From NCBI GenBank assembly GCA_951406725.2, contig OX597815.1, positions 103,726,001 to 103,790,000 of the forward strand: a DNA stretch of 64,000 bases, in the 5' to 3' direction. A model generated the notes under the pieces. The model ran no database searches. It had not been told where the DNA came from and was given only the letters and a program-made list of their open reading frames with translations. The translations under genes and the position numbers were made by a program. This DNA comes from Octopus vulgaris. Lineage: Eukaryota. Below, piece by piece: positions 1-13,179 of the stretch (within the stretch, counting starts at the first letter, position 1; every line of letters begins with the position of its first letter).

Positions 1-930
1 GTCTGTACTTCACTATGGAGAGTAAGACTGGAATGTACGTACTGGGATTTTTTTGGACTTCCCGAGCTGTCTTAAGTTGGAATTTGAAATACCTCACAAT
101 ATCAAGAACTGCTAGCTGATAAACGGTTGCACAATTTCGTGCTGGTTCTGTAAGTTGGACTCAAATCCGATGCTTGTAAATCGTAAATGTAGATGATTTT
201 CGTATCCGAAAATCCACAGCTCTATAAAGGCCTTAACAACTTCGTCCAGTCACGATGTCGGCCAGTGAAAAAGATCGATATACGTTAGAAGGTAGCTTAT
301 ACATGTGAAGGAGAAAATGGTGACAAAATTATCTTCTATCTTTAAAATACTTGTATCATAATTCCCCTAATAAAAATGCATATTAATTTTATAAGTTTTA
401 TGCAAATAACGAGTGAAGACAGCCAATAACTTCGTCAACTATAAAAAAAAACACTCCAAGTGGCGTCTGCCGAGGAATGTGTCCGAAATATTAGACACTT
501 TCAATCTTTACTGTAACCAAACAAAGGGACTTATAAACTCATCTGAATTTAACGCATCTCATAAGAGTAAAATTGCACAGATTCTAACTGTCCACAACGA
601 TTTGTAAGTTTTAGAGCAAGATAGAGAAGAAAACGAAATAAAACGATCGAGAGCTACATACAGAATGTAATAAATATCAATCGCTATATATCTAATAATG
701 AATGATTGAGAAATGTTGCAAAAATGAAAAAATAAATAAATAAATAAATATGCTTCAGAATGACAAGCTTAACTGTCGAGAAAATGCTTAGATTTTCAGA
801 ACTGCACACAGACACACAAATATAGGCATGTGTATAAATATATACATACTTCACGGTATGAGTATAAGCGTATAAGCGTATAAATGTATACATATTTCAA
901 ATTATACATATATCTATGGACATGTGCGTG

Positions 931-943
931 TGCTGTGTATGTG

Positions 944-996
<53 letters not shown>

Positions 997-1032
997 TTGT
1001 GTGTGTGCTGTGTGTGTGCAGTGTGTGTGTGT
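931..1032. repeat. (TG)n microsatellite
   Basis: Visible TG run; source of the spurious Cys/Val and His/Thr ORFs at 796-1113. Confidence 0.95.
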
Positions 1033-1599
1033 GTTATAAAATGCTATGTACTGCAATTTCGTGTACTCTCAAGAATAGGCTTTATGAGTCAATCAAAAGA
1101 CAAACATGAATGAATATCAGAAACAATGACAATGAATCTTGGAAATATTCGATCCCAAATTTGTCTCAATCAATGTTTGGTATCTTTAAAATATCAATTA
1201 TTATAATAGAATTTTAATAGCACGCAATAATCACATCACTTTGGATTTTTATCCTTGTAGATGTCTTTCTTGCGTGGTATATAATCACGTATATATATAG
1301 GTGGAGCTATTAAATTAGCCATGGCCTGGGCCAATGTCGCCGAAACCTATCTGAGTATATAACTGTAATTGTAAATATAGTAATGTTACATGTGAGTCAT
1401 TCAGGCACAGCTGTTGTTAAGATATTTTGAAATATTTAGTCTTCTTTGAAATGTCCGATTATATACATAATTACACACACACATACCGACTCATATATAT
1501 ATTTATATATTCGTGTTTGTAATTATACACATGCGCGCATGTGTGTGTGTGAGAGAGAGAAAGAGAGAGAGAGAGTGTGTGTGTGTGTATGCGTATCGT

Positions 1600-1943
1600 A
1601 GTTCCATGTTCAGACTCACTGCGTAGAATCTTGGGCATGAGTTTTCTACTATAGCCTCTGGCCGGCCAAAGCCTTGTGATTGAATTTGGTAGACTGAAAT
1701 TAAAAGAAGCTCGTTGTATATATGTATGTTTATATTCATATGTGTCCGTATTTATCTCTGTGTTTGTTCTCCCCATAACCACTTAAAAATCTTAGGTAAT
1801 GTGATTACATCCCCGTAAATTAACGGTTCACCAAACGATATCCATAGAATAAGTGCAGGCTTTAAAGAGTAGTACTAAAAACTCTTCAAGGTGATTAACC
1901 AGCATTGCTGAAGTTTAAATATTGAAACAAAAGATAAAAGATA
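1600..1943 (+). mobile_element. SINE family A copy (tRNA-derived, internal TA/TG tract), diverged
   Basis: Colinear with the reverse complement of 58530-58855 (ttctactatagcc, ccaaagccttgtga, tttggtagac, gaagc.cgt, tgtttgt.cccc, tagaataagt); ends in (aaagat)n. Confidence 0.75.
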
Positions 1944-2044
1944 TAATTTTCACATTAGCATTTTGCTGAATTAACAATAAATTCATATGGTAAATACATA
2001 CACTGACGGTCAGGATTTAGCGAAGCCATCCAGCAATGTAGCAG

Positions 2045-2096
2045 TCATTACTGATAAGCTTGTAATTTTTCAAGCGAAACTAGATTAGGATAGTGA
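2045..2096 (+). ncRNA. Degenerate type I hammerhead ribozyme motif
   Basis: tcatta-CTGATAA-gcttg(taattttt)caagc-GAAA-cta(gat)tag-GA-tagtga. Stems I, II and III pair; G8 and the U of NUH are mutated. Confidence 0.6.
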
Positions 2097-2346
2097 TCGC
2101 GCTCGCTGTTACCTCCCTTGTCAATATATAAAAATGTGCTTTCTTGCGACTCTCAGGGGTCTTATCTCTTATTTCTAGCAATATAGGTGCTACCCGGATT
2201 TTTCCTTTTCGGTTTTACATTGCGTATGGCTGCCTTCGTTATTATATATATATATATGTGTGTTTGTGTGTGTGCATGTTTATACACACACAGAAATATA
2301 TATGTGTATAGATGTATCTATATCTATGTCTATATATGTGTGTGTA

Positions 2347-2398
<52 letters not shown>

Positions 2399-2949
2399 AT
2401 AGTGCACACACTCTCGATAAGCCAGTTGCTGCAGTATTTGTCTCAGGATGACTTCTGTTATACACTTGCTGTATTCAAAACACAGAACAATATATATTAA
2501 AGAGAGACGAAAATTCCTCCCAACAATTCCATCGAGAGTGCCTGACGCAATCCAGCCCTTGTGGGCCTTGTCAATGCTGTGTATTCACAGCCAGCCATAT
2601 ACTCGTACGAGAAATCGTTGTTTCTGATACAGGAAAAAGTAAATAAATTATCTGGTTATGTTGCACATAGTTGTCTGGTTGATTACATATTTGCTATACG
2701 TAACAGAGAGAGTGTTTAATTAAAATAGCCATATCTTTTCAGAGATGTCTCCTCTTATGGATACGTTGTGTACAAACAAAACACAATAACCATCAGAGAG
2801 AGACGAAATTAATCCTTGCATAGGCCACCGAGAACGCCGGATGCTTTTCGGCCTTTTACCGCAAAAATTCTGCTTTACGCAAGATATATATATATCCACT
2901 ACACACATTTTTTTCTCTCCTTGTTTCTCTCCTTGTCTTTTCTGTGTCC

Positions 2950-2985
2950 CTTTCTGTAGAAGAGCGTAGGCTCGAAACGTAAAAG
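2950..2985 (+). ncRNA. Minimal hammerhead-like motif in a Penelope-type terminal repeat
   Basis: cttt-CTGTAGA-a-gagc(gtag)gctc-GAAA-c-GTA-aaag. Palindromic ACGT stem III; A6 deviates. The repeat runs to (TA)n at ~3076 and its end recurs inverted at ~26961-27007. Confidence 0.55.
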
Positions 2986-3072
2986 ACTTTTTCTATTCTT
3001 GAGCGTTATACTAATACATCTATTTGCTTTGTACACCACCTGTCTTCGTCTTTTGTTTTTTTCGTAAACTCT

Positions 3073-3113
<41 letters not shown>

Positions 3114-3872
3114 GCAGTTAAATTCCTACCATGAAACCTTGGTGGCAATCAGTAGTTGCCACAAACATCTTCATAGTTTGATTGCTGTGAGCGTCATTTC
3201 TTCGCCTTTTGAAAAAAATAGTCGTTTCCTTAATTTGTTTTCTGAGGTAGATGTAATTAATAAATCTTCCAGGTAAATCGAAGTCTTTCGCTTCAGATCT
3301 TGTTAACGCTAATAAATCTACATTTAGAACACGTAAAGTTTTCTTAACGTATCATATCTGTCACGCTCTTCGATTTCTTCATAAACTATACAGGATAAAA
3401 TAAAGTGGTACAGAACAGAGCAGATTATTTATCCAGTAAGCTGCATGCGTGCAACAAAATTTACATGTCTTTTCGTCAATGAAGAAGTGACAGTATTTCA
3501 CGCTGGCAATATTTTATGTGGATAGGATGAAACTGATACTTCATGTGAAGTTCAATTTTTCTACAAGTTATTAAGTCACATCTCGAAACACTACATTCAT
3601 TTAATCAAAACTGTGGCTTCTTGCCACTACTTTGAAATGTTGCAACGCTAAACAACAGAGCAGCGAGGAAAAGCAATCTCACATTCGAAAAATAAATGAG
3701 CACTACTACATACCTAGAATATTTTCCCCCTAGTTTGTAAATTCAAAATCCTATCTATCTATCTATTTGTACATATACATGCTTACATATCTATAAAACT
3801 TGGTGCATGTGTAACATATATATATATATATATGCATTTATGTAGGTAAGCTTACACAAATACACACGCATA

Positions 3873-3926
<54 letters not shown>

Positions 3927-4739
3927 TACATATATATGTGTATACACACACACATATATATATACGGATATATGTATATATATATATTTATATAAATGCA
4001 AAAGATGCATACACCTATGAACATATACATATTTGTACTAAATATATATAACATATAGCTCTATATGATATATCCGTGTGTGCACGCGCATATGTATGTA
4101 TTAACCTCCTGTTTTCATAAATATTTTTGACAGTTACATTTTATCTCTAGTTTTACTATCTCTAGCCCTATGTTTTTTCACTGCCATAATGCTTTAAGGA
4201 ACAAATTTCTCTTTAAACTTGAAATCAATTTTACGATCTTAATTCAACATTTTAATATTGTATATTTTTTTAAACATTTTATATGATTCAATTTCTTTGA
4301 TTCTGAGGTGAACAATTTTTGGAGACGTTGCTCAATGTTAGAGAACAAAATATTACTTTCAAAACTTAAACTTATTCTTATTAAAGTAATATTACGGCAA
4401 AACTTCTCGCTGGCAATGAATTGATGAATACTTTCTATTAATGAAACGGAAACAAACAGATTTTGACCGTTCTGGCCTTGAAATTTATAAATTCTGTTCT
4501 ATTCATATGATGTATTAATATATATATATATAGATATATATATATATATACAAAGTAGTAAATATATGGCACAACTAAGTACCGATATTTACTGGAAATA
4601 GCGAACGTAATAATACGACGCTAATGTATAGCTTCACCGCGTATGTATCAGCAAAAATGCGTGTGTGCAACAAACTAGAAAAATTGTCTTACCTCCAGGG
4701 AGAACATCTGAAAGATGAAATACCTGGAAAAGGATAATG

Positions 4740-4810
4740 TGGGACCTGCAGGTTTCAGATTTTACAAGATATGTCTACCACCCATAATCTTGTTCTATCT
4801 TCATCAGCCA
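4740..4810 (-). ncRNA. Type I hammerhead ribozyme, canonical core
   Basis: Minus strand: tgg-CTGATGA-agat..acaagattatg/catatcttgt..atct-GAAA-cctgcag-GTC-cca; palindromic stem III ACCTGCAGGT; in a ~320-bp island between (TA)n tracts. Confidence 0.8.
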
Positions 4811-4872
4811 AGCATATACCATGACAAAATCTATTCTTTACTGGAAGGCGATACTCTAGTATTGCATTACTA

Positions 4873-4930
<58 letters not shown>

Positions 4931-4934
<4 letters not shown>

Positions 4935-5231
4935 GTAAAATAATATGTGACAATTATTCAGTAGCCAAGATAAAACTCTGAGTTTCGGATGCCGAGGTGG
5001 AAAGGCACAACACCATCTCTTCGGTAATCTGGCCATCTGAAAAACGCTATGAAAAAATACCGTAGCGCAATTATAACACAGTAATTTTCCTTTGTATAAC
5101 GGTCTTTTTTCATAGCGTTTTTCAGATGGCCAGATAACCGAAGAGATGGTGTTGTGGATTTCCACCTCGGCATCCGAAACTCGGAGTTTTATCTTGGCTA
5201 TTGAATAATTGTCACATATTATTTTATAGAT
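4931..5231. repeat. Fold-back inverted repeat (~133-bp arms) of a Penelope-type terminal sequence
   Basis: 4931-5063 is the near-perfect reverse complement of 5099-5231; starts in (TA)n; a third copy lies at 47138-47312. Confidence 0.9.
5130..5197 (+). ncRNA. Hammerhead-like motif with CCGAAGA (U4C) core
   Basis: ccagataa-CCGAAGA-gatg...catc-c-GAAA-ctcgga-GTT-ttatcttgg. One extra C before GAAA; a mirror copy lies on the minus strand of the left arm. Confidence 0.55.
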
Positions 5232-5311
5232 AAATTTCCTATATTTATATATTGAGGTATCTTTCTTTCTTTTGTTATCTTAACGTTTTTTCCAATATAT
5301 ATATGAAGAGT

Positions 5312-5347
<36 letters not shown>

Positions 5348-5935
5348 TACATACCTAGATAGATCGATAGATAGATACATATATACATACATACATAGAT
5401 GACAAAAATTAATGTAAGCAATTTACCCCAATACAAAGGCATATAAGAAAACTTTAGTCGTCATTAATTGTGTCTGTGGGTGTTTTAAAGCACAGTTATT
5501 GCTAGAAATAAGAGACAAACCTCTTATAGCTGCCTAAAAAGCATATCTATATATACTAACAGAGTAGAGAGATAACTGCCCCATGAACAAAGCTAGGACA
5601 TTCGACCGTGGTTTCGTTGAATGACAAACTTGGTTGTACATTCCTATCTTCAAAAGCATTTCAGTCATCGCCTTTCGTTTTTTCCTTATCTAGAACCACT
5701 TTGGCCAACATATCCTTCTAATTTTTAGAAGGCGGGTTGACTTTTAGTTGAGGTATAGCAGTTATTTCTTGCAAATGGAACTAGAACATTATACCACATG
5801 ATTATCGTTGTTATATATTGTGAGCGACAGATTGGCAGAGAGGTTAGGGCTGCGACATATAATAAGAGTTATATTACATTTTTAGTTATAGTACTGTTAG
5901 GCAGAATTTTTCGACTTATTCGTCTGAAATATTAT

Positions 5936-6808
5936 ACGTGGTCTTAGCAATAAGTATCCGGATTGTTGCCAGAGTAACGAAGCTAAAGCATGCTAAGTGA
6001 AGCCACTATGACAGATTGACCTTGAACTCCGTTGTGCATGTACATAGTGTTTTAGCGTATTCTAGCACACTTCCACTGTTTACAGCAGTGCTTGAAAGGA
6101 AGGTGTGTAACATGTGATCGTAGCATTGGACATGACAGAGAAAGTTGAGTAGAGAAGCTTGGTGATATCGGCTCAGAGGCCTACGCAAAGTTTCCAAAAA
6201 TTTTCGTCATTCTCGACACAATTTAGGAGACCTTGTGCCACTGAAACCCGAGTCTCATTTTGGTTATCTGAAAGCAGTTATGGCACAAACTTGGAGACAC
6301 GCGTCTCATACCCAAATCTTCAGTGATAATGGATTGTACTGAATCGTAACTAATCTGCACATCCTCTGATAGCTCACGCATAGTGATTCGACGATTTCCC
6401 CCTCAGAGCTGCACGCACAACTGTGATGATTTTCTCAGTTCTGCTGGTTGCGGGTTTCCCAGAAAGTTCGTCAACATCGACATTTTTTCGGCCATCTTGA
6501 AACGTCTGAAACACTCGTACACTCGTGTTCAGCTCATACACTCCTCTCTATAAATTTCTGCAACTTTTTGTAGGCCTCTGATCAGGTACCACTATGACAA
6601 CTTTCTCCGTCATGGTTAATGCGACGATCATATGCTACATACCTTCCTTCCAAGCACTATTGTAAACAGTGGAAGTGAGCTAGAACATTAAAACTTAGTG
6701 TGCATCCACAGCAGCGTTCAATGTCAGTGTTTGCTGAGCGACTTCACTCTGTGTGCTTTACCTTCGTTTCTATGGCAACAGTCCGAGTACGTATTGTTCA
6801 GACCTTCT
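5936..6808 (-). mobile_element. Internally deleted mariner derivative with ~260-bp inverted ends
   Basis: 5936-~6200 is a diverged reverse complement of ~6550-6808. The minus strand encodes a broken mariner N-terminus (RVYECFRRF.DGRKNVDVDELSGKPATS..RRITMRELSEDVQISYDSVQSIITEDLGMRRVS.KFVP). Confidence 0.8.
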
Positions 6809-6859
6809 ACAACCAAATCCTAGTAATATGTTGGAGTTATAAAATACAGTAAATATTTT

Positions 6860-7209
6860 TGAAAGGTGTTCTTCCATCAGGATAATGCTCCGCCGCGTAC
6901 AGTGAGGATGACATTCCAAAGTCTGAAGCAATATGAATGGGAAACGGACATTGTCCCATCTGATTATCATTTATTCCGCAGTTTTCAAAATCATTTCGAC
7001 GGGAAAAATATGAGTTCTATAAACGAGGCCAGAAAAATACTGGGGGAGTATTTTTCGTCACGGACAAGTGAATTTTGGAAGTCTACAAGAAGATCATTGT
7101 AGAAAAGGAAGAGAGTATATTTTAGATTAAAAAAAGAACTTTGTTCATCTTAATTTTGATAAATAAAGGAAGTATTTAAAAAATGCATTATTTATGGGAT
7201 GACCCAATA
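6860..7209 (+). mobile_element. Mariner 3' fragment (catalytic C-terminus and right TIR)
   Basis: FHQDNAPP...PSDYHLFRSFQNHFDGK; ends ttatgggatgacccaa-TA, similar to the TIR at 10406-10436. Confidence 0.85.
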
Positions 7210-7314
7210 TATCAATTTAAATTAGAGCTCCAAATATCATAAACTTTTCTCTCATTATTATTTCGAGCAGTACCCCTGCCCTTTTCGCAGACACTATATT
7301 CTTCGTGCGTTTTT

Positions 7315-7650
7315 CCGCCAAGGTCGAATTTGCTTTTCATGTTTTCGGGGTTGATTAAATAAGTACCAGTTGACCACTAGGATTGATGTAATCGACTTAG
7401 CTCCTCCCCAGAATTTGCTGATATTGTACCCAAAGGGGAAACCAATATTCTTTCAGTTAAGGTGGCAAGCAGGTAATGCTGTGGCACGCATTACGTTCTA
7501 AGTTGAAATTCCGCAAAGATCGACTTTGCCTTTTATCCTTTCGGGGTCTACAAAAGAAGTACAAGTTGAACACTGGGTTGATGTAAACCACTTACAATCC
7601 CCTTCCCCGAACATTCTGAACTTGCGCCAAATTTTAAAATCTATATTCTT
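7315..7650 (+). mobile_element. Two SINE family B copies
   Basis: Shared core gtcgactttgcctttcatcctttcggggtcgataaa..aagtaccagttga..actggg.t.gatgtaatcgactt, repeated many times in the window. Confidence 0.75.
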
Positions 7651-7759
7651 CGCACATACACATATGAAGTAGATTGTTTCACAATGAATGTGGTTTCGAG
7701 TTCCACACCACCGCGCAGCAACTTTTAGGCAATTGTTTTCAGTCATAACTTTGGCTCAA

Positions 7760-8950
7760 TCCAGGATACATAAGAGAAACTGGATCAAATGTCCTGTAAT
7801 TGTTCTTGGGTATTCAGACCCATATATCAATATGCTTTAATCAATAGCTCTAATAACTATAGTTTGGGGTCATTAGCCAGATTGATTTGCATATTTTGAA
7901 CACCGTGCTTATTGCTGGCCATGCTAATTCAAGCACTATTTCGCTTTCGCTATTCGGGCTTTTTGTCCGCAATTCTTGAAATATAAATGCATTTACTCAT
8001 TTCAAGTTTGTAACCTTTCATGATTTGGTGGGATGTTTTAGTTGATTGTTGATAGCATTTAAGATTTATAATTTCTTATTGTCATTAAGTTTTGACAGCT
8101 CTTCTATATATAAATGTTGGGTATGAACTTTCAAGGTAATTATCCTTTTTCAAAGAAACCTCATTAAGATATTAGAAAGGCTAAAGAGTCAAGCACATTA
8201 TCTCTGGAAACTATAAATTTTGTTCGAGTTTTGCATTAAAATAATAAATATATAATTACTATTGCTAGAAGAGTCGCATTCAGAAATATTCCACTTTCTA
8301 TAATGAATCATATTTTCTTAATTTTTGTAAAGAATATGTTTTTTTTTATCCTGCTAGCAATTCTATGAAACTGATCCAATATAACAGCTTATAAATGTTC
8401 GTAAAAGACAAAATATTCTACTAATTATTCATAAGCAAGTTCCTTCTATTCAATATGACAAGTACCACAAAATCATTCCATTATTCTGAAATAAAGAAAA
8501 TTTTCTTCTGGAGGATAGATTGCCTCTACTTGTCATCTATGAATATAGAGCGACCAATGATCTCAAGTAATTGTAATAACATTAGCATGGCTAACAATTG
8601 AATGCTTTTTAGTAGAGACAAAACATTATTTGTTTCTAAATTATTATTGCTTCCTAACCTACGTTGAAAACTTTCTATGAACAAATATTCAGACATTCCA
8701 TTCTGAATTTAGAAGATCATTTCCTTTACTATTACAACTTTTACGTTTGCAAATTTGTCTCAACAATAATTTTAAAAGTGTTCTTCAGCCAGCATTGTGT
8801 ATCGTAAGATCATTGATGCAGAGGATAGTATGCATAATGCAAATGCAGTTGTATTGATGAATAAGATGTTGCATTGCTCCTTTTCAGTTTCTTAGTTTTG
8901 AAAGTAATTAAGTATTATGTTCTTCAATGTTCATTTCACGACACTCGGCA
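7760..8950 (-). pseudogene. Possible ancient L1/Tx1-type RT/C-terminal remnant
   Basis: Scattered minus-strand motifs (NLSSRRK..LWY; IVLELAW; CKSIW) resemble Tx1/L1 ORF2; heavily decayed. Confidence 0.3.
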
Positions 8951-9032
8951 ATGAATGGCTTCTAGTATAAAATATACACACTCGAGCTTTGTAGGTAAAG
9001 GAAATGCTACCATAATCAACGAATCAATAGTT

Positions 9033-9034
<2 letters not shown>

Positions 9035-9121
<87 letters not shown>

Positions 9122-9155
9122 AATTTACCCATCTATCTATTTATCCATCTATCTA
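9035..9155. repeat. (ATCT)n microsatellite
   Basis: Visible tetranucleotide run. Confidence 0.95.
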
Positions 9156-10436
9156 TCAGGCCATCCCGTAAGTTCTGTCCCAATTTACCTTTTTTAAAAT
9201 TGAATGACATTTAATAGTATTTTAGAGTGTCTAATGGAGTTAAAATTTAGTTTTATGCATTTGTGTACATTTAAACGAATTAAATATTATTTTACAGAAT
9301 AATAGATTTAAAATTTCTTTGATTAAAACCCTTTCTAACATGGAAGTGTCGAAATGGTATTTGAGGCACATAATACATTATGAGTACAAAAAAAGGAAAC
9401 TCTGCAGCTGAAGCGACTAGAAACATACACTCAGTTTATGGGAATGAATGCTTGAATGAAATAACTTGCAGAAGATGGTTTGCAAAATTCAGAAGTGGAG
9501 ATTTCAGCCTTGAAGATGAAGATCGAACATGACGACCAGTTGAGTTTGATGATTAGCTCCTTGAGGCATTACTTGAAGAAAATCATGCATTATCAGTTGA
9601 AGAATTGGCAATAAAGCTTAGTTCAATCCATACAACTGTTCATCGATATGATCAACTTGGAAAGTGTCCTAAACTTGGAAAATAAATGGGTACCTCATGA
9701 ATTGTCCGAGAGTAACCGCAAATCCCGAGTTGACATCTGCTCTTGTCTCCATTCTCACGAACTCATTTCACCCTTTTTGAATAGACGTGACTGGTGACGA
9801 AAAATGGATCTTCTATCGAAATGTTAAACGTCGTAAACAGTGGCTTCGTAAAAGAGAAAAAGCTAAACCACAACCGAGAAGGGAACTTCATGGGAAAAAG
9901 TTTCTGGTAGGATTGTAAAGGAGTATGTAATTTACTTTGCGTTATTACAACCCAATCTAACAATCAATGCTCAAGTTTACTCTCAGCAATTAGAGCGTTT
10001 GAACCAAGCTTTGAAGAAAGAAAGACCCGCTTTAGTGGATCATAAAGGAGTGATGTTTCATCAGGACAAAGCGCGACACCACACTGCAAAGATCACATCA
10101 CAAAAGATCGAGGAGGTTGGTTGGGAAGAAATTCCTCATCCACCTTATTCTTCCGACCTTGCTCCTTCAGACTACCATTTGTTTTTTAGTTTACAGAATC
10201 ATTTGGGGGACATAAGTTTCGCAAGCCAGGAAGAGGTCGAAACTGACATTTCAGAGTTCTTCGCTTTCAAACCAAAAGAGTTTTCCATTGATGAGATTAA
10301 AAAGCTTCTAAATAGATGGAAGGAAGTCATAGATAATCAAGGAGAGTACATTGATGATTAAATTTCAATTAAATATAACATTTAATCACTTGTTTTCTTT
10401 ATTCAAAATTCGGACAGAACTTATGGGATGATCTGA
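9156..10436 (+). mobile_element. Full-length mariner (DD34D) element, ~1.28 kb, TA target-site duplication
   Basis: TIRs tcaggccatcccgtaagttctgtcccaattt and aaattcggacagaacttatgggatgatctga, each flanked by TA. Confidence 0.95.
9340..10361 (+). pseudogene. Mariner transposase, frameshifted and with stops
   Basis: ATG at 9340; motifs WVPHEL, VTGDEKW, HQDKARHH, HPPYSSDLAPSDYHLF; several frameshifts and stops. Confidence 0.92.
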
Positions 10437-11389
10437 TATTTATCTATTAGCTCTCTGTTTACCTATCCCTCTTTCTCTCTCCCTATATATGTGTGTGTAA
10501 TTGTGTTTACGCGCACGCGTGTAAGTTAAAAATTAAGAGCATTTCTATAATGTAAATATTACTAATGTCGCATAACTACTGTACGTGTGTTATTAAACGC
10601 TTTTAGGTGGTGGTACGTCACACATGCATTAAATATATGACATTGATAAAGCAATATTAATACCTCAAAATGCATAAGTGACAAGGCATAAAAATTGATT
10701 AACAAATTGCACTTTGCAGAGCGAACTGAATAATTCGTATCGAAAACTCATAAATTGAACCCCAAACCCACAAAACTAATTTTACCATTAACCCATTCAT
10801 CGGAATTATGAGCCTTACCACATTTGATTATCGGCGGGATTAGCAAGAAAATTATAAAGAGAAATATTCCTAATGTTAAAAAATATCTTAAGCTAACCAT
10901 GTGGAACAATACATATGAAGTAATCCGTTGGTACATTATTTGGAGTAATACGACAAATACTGCCTTTTTTTCATTTTCATATTGTAGAATGCTATTCTAT
11001 TTCCCCTATCCCAATGAACAAGGCATTAACATTTAGTAAAAAATGACAAATATAACCAACAATGAGTTAATATTATAGCCTAGCTAGTCGCAACTCTGAA
11101 ATTTTGATTGGAGATAATTGTTGGACCAGAAATTCTTGCAGTAATAACTTCGATATCAACATGGTCTCTTCGTAGTTGTTGCAGGTCAGAGAACTTGTTA
11201 TTCACCCTTAATGAAAGGCATAATTTTCAGAATTAGGTACATTTCTATATAAAGTTGACTCTCTGCTAGTAGCAATAAACGTGTCAGCGTAAATTGTTTT
11301 AAAACTTTAATTATTTTATCGAATTTTCAAAAGACAAAAAGAGATTGAAATTCTAAGATTATACATGTCTTAAAGACCAGCCTTCGCTC

Positions 11390-12140
11390 CCATATCATGT
11401 ATGTACGAAAAATTAAACTACATAAATAAACTTTCCATCCAAGACCAATGGTCAATGTAATAATCGAAGACATGTCAATCAGATTATCCAGTTTGTCAGC
11501 TAATCAGTAAAACTTCACTAAGTACGCATGGAATTACGATGAAGCCTTACGTGGAAGCGGATGTAACGAACAGATCAAATACATAGAAAATCCTTATCAA
11601 CAAAGATATAAACGATAAAAGAAATAATGCATAAACACAAGATAAGAAGAATCACAGAAGGGACACAAACAAAATAAATAATCAATAAAGAAAAAAGTAA
11701 TTCTCATAACTGTCTTAGGAAGTATTAACAATAATAGAAAAAATGACAAAACCAATGACAATACCACCTGCATAGAAAAGTTATTTCCAACTCAAAAATT
11801 TAATATTTGACGATATAAAAGGCATCAATGTAAACATAGATCCCAGGAATACTAAGAATAACAATACAAGCATTGACAATACTACAGTTAACCATCCAGG
11901 GGATATAACAAACAGAAACAAAACAAAAAATGTAAGGTCGAGGAGTAGGAAAGTAATATAATGTGGTTTAATCCCCCATGCACGTTATTAGTTAAAGCTA
12001 ACCTCCCAAAAACATTATTTTACAACTTAGCGAAAAGCTTTCATATGTAGCACGGTTACCACAAGGTATTCAACATATCTTCAGCTAAACTACTTTTTTC
12101 GGTTGCACGAAGTATAGTTAACAATATGGAAGCTGCAAGA
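11390..12140 (+). mobile_element. Penelope-like element fragment (RT C-terminus/linker), decayed
   Basis: NYINK..HP..IRLSSLSAN..YDEALRGSG and RKVI..WFNPP..VKANL..HKVFN match the PLE signature WFNPPYS..VKTN..LHKIFN. Confidence 0.7.
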
Positions 12141-12177
12141 CATCATGAACCAAAATGTACGAACTCAACAAGCTATT

Positions 12178-12199
12178 ACTGCTGCTGCTGCTACTACTA

Positions 12200-12277
<78 letters not shown>

Positions 12278-12299
12278 ATAATAATAATAATAATAATAA

Positions 12300-12362
<63 letters not shown>

Positions 12363-12372
12363 TATAATAATA
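12178..12372. repeat. Compound (ACT)n(AAT)n microsatellite
   Basis: Visible; followed by a short R4-like scrap (GRDLIQIESYYKITTIGL). Confidence 0.95.
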
Positions 12373-12875
12373 ACGTATCGAAAACGGTAGAGACCTTATA
12401 CAGATAGAAAGCTATTACAAAATAACCACCATAGGACTACTGCGAATTACTTGCATTCTTTCTATTTCATTCTCAAAACACTTATAAAATGCCTCGCCAT
12501 CTACGCAACTCTTAATACAATAGAGTGTTCCCTAATAGTCTGTTCTGGTTGCCCAAGCAACCATAACTGTATCTTTTACTCTATTACTCTTTTACTCCTT
12601 TCAGCCACGTCGCTGCAGTCACTGTGGTCTTTCTAATTTTCTCAGTCTGGGGTAATTCACATCCCCACTTCTGTATATGCATTTGTTCTAGCTGTTGGCC
12701 CATTTGGTGTATAATGGAGTTTGCACGTCTACACCTAATATCAAGCGGTTGATTCATCCGGTATTGCGGAAAAGAAAGATGTTTAGTTCCTTATTAATAA
12801 CATCTACTTCCACCTTATATGCAGGTTTTTAAATTTTTGTGGCAGGTCATTGAAAACCTGTGGACCTTATATATG

Positions 12876-12923
<48 letters not shown>

Positions 12924-13137
12924 GAATCTTTTTCTAAAAAAGTGAAACCGGTCAAGTGAATAAACATATTTAAAATTACATTTTCAAATCTTTTTTCATA
13001 TATATATATATGTATGTATGTATATATATATATATATATATATATAAATATATATATATATACATACATACATATATATATATATATGAAAAAATAAGTC
13101 AAAATAAAAAATGCTAAAATAATTTTATAAAGAATAT

Positions 13138-13179
13138 TTCAGTACTGGTTTCAGTCATTTTGAGACCTTTTCAACTGTA
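13138..13179 (-). ncRNA. Minimal hammerhead, U3-A8 core variant, at a Penelope 3' end
   Basis: Minus strand: cag-TTGAAAA-ggtc(tcaaaat)gact-GAAA-cca-GTA-ctg. Confidence 0.65.

Noticed and set aside
255-297. Possible short first exon (ATG TCG GCC..GAAG/GTAGCT)
   Set aside because: Weak donor, no recognisable protein and no downstream exon identified
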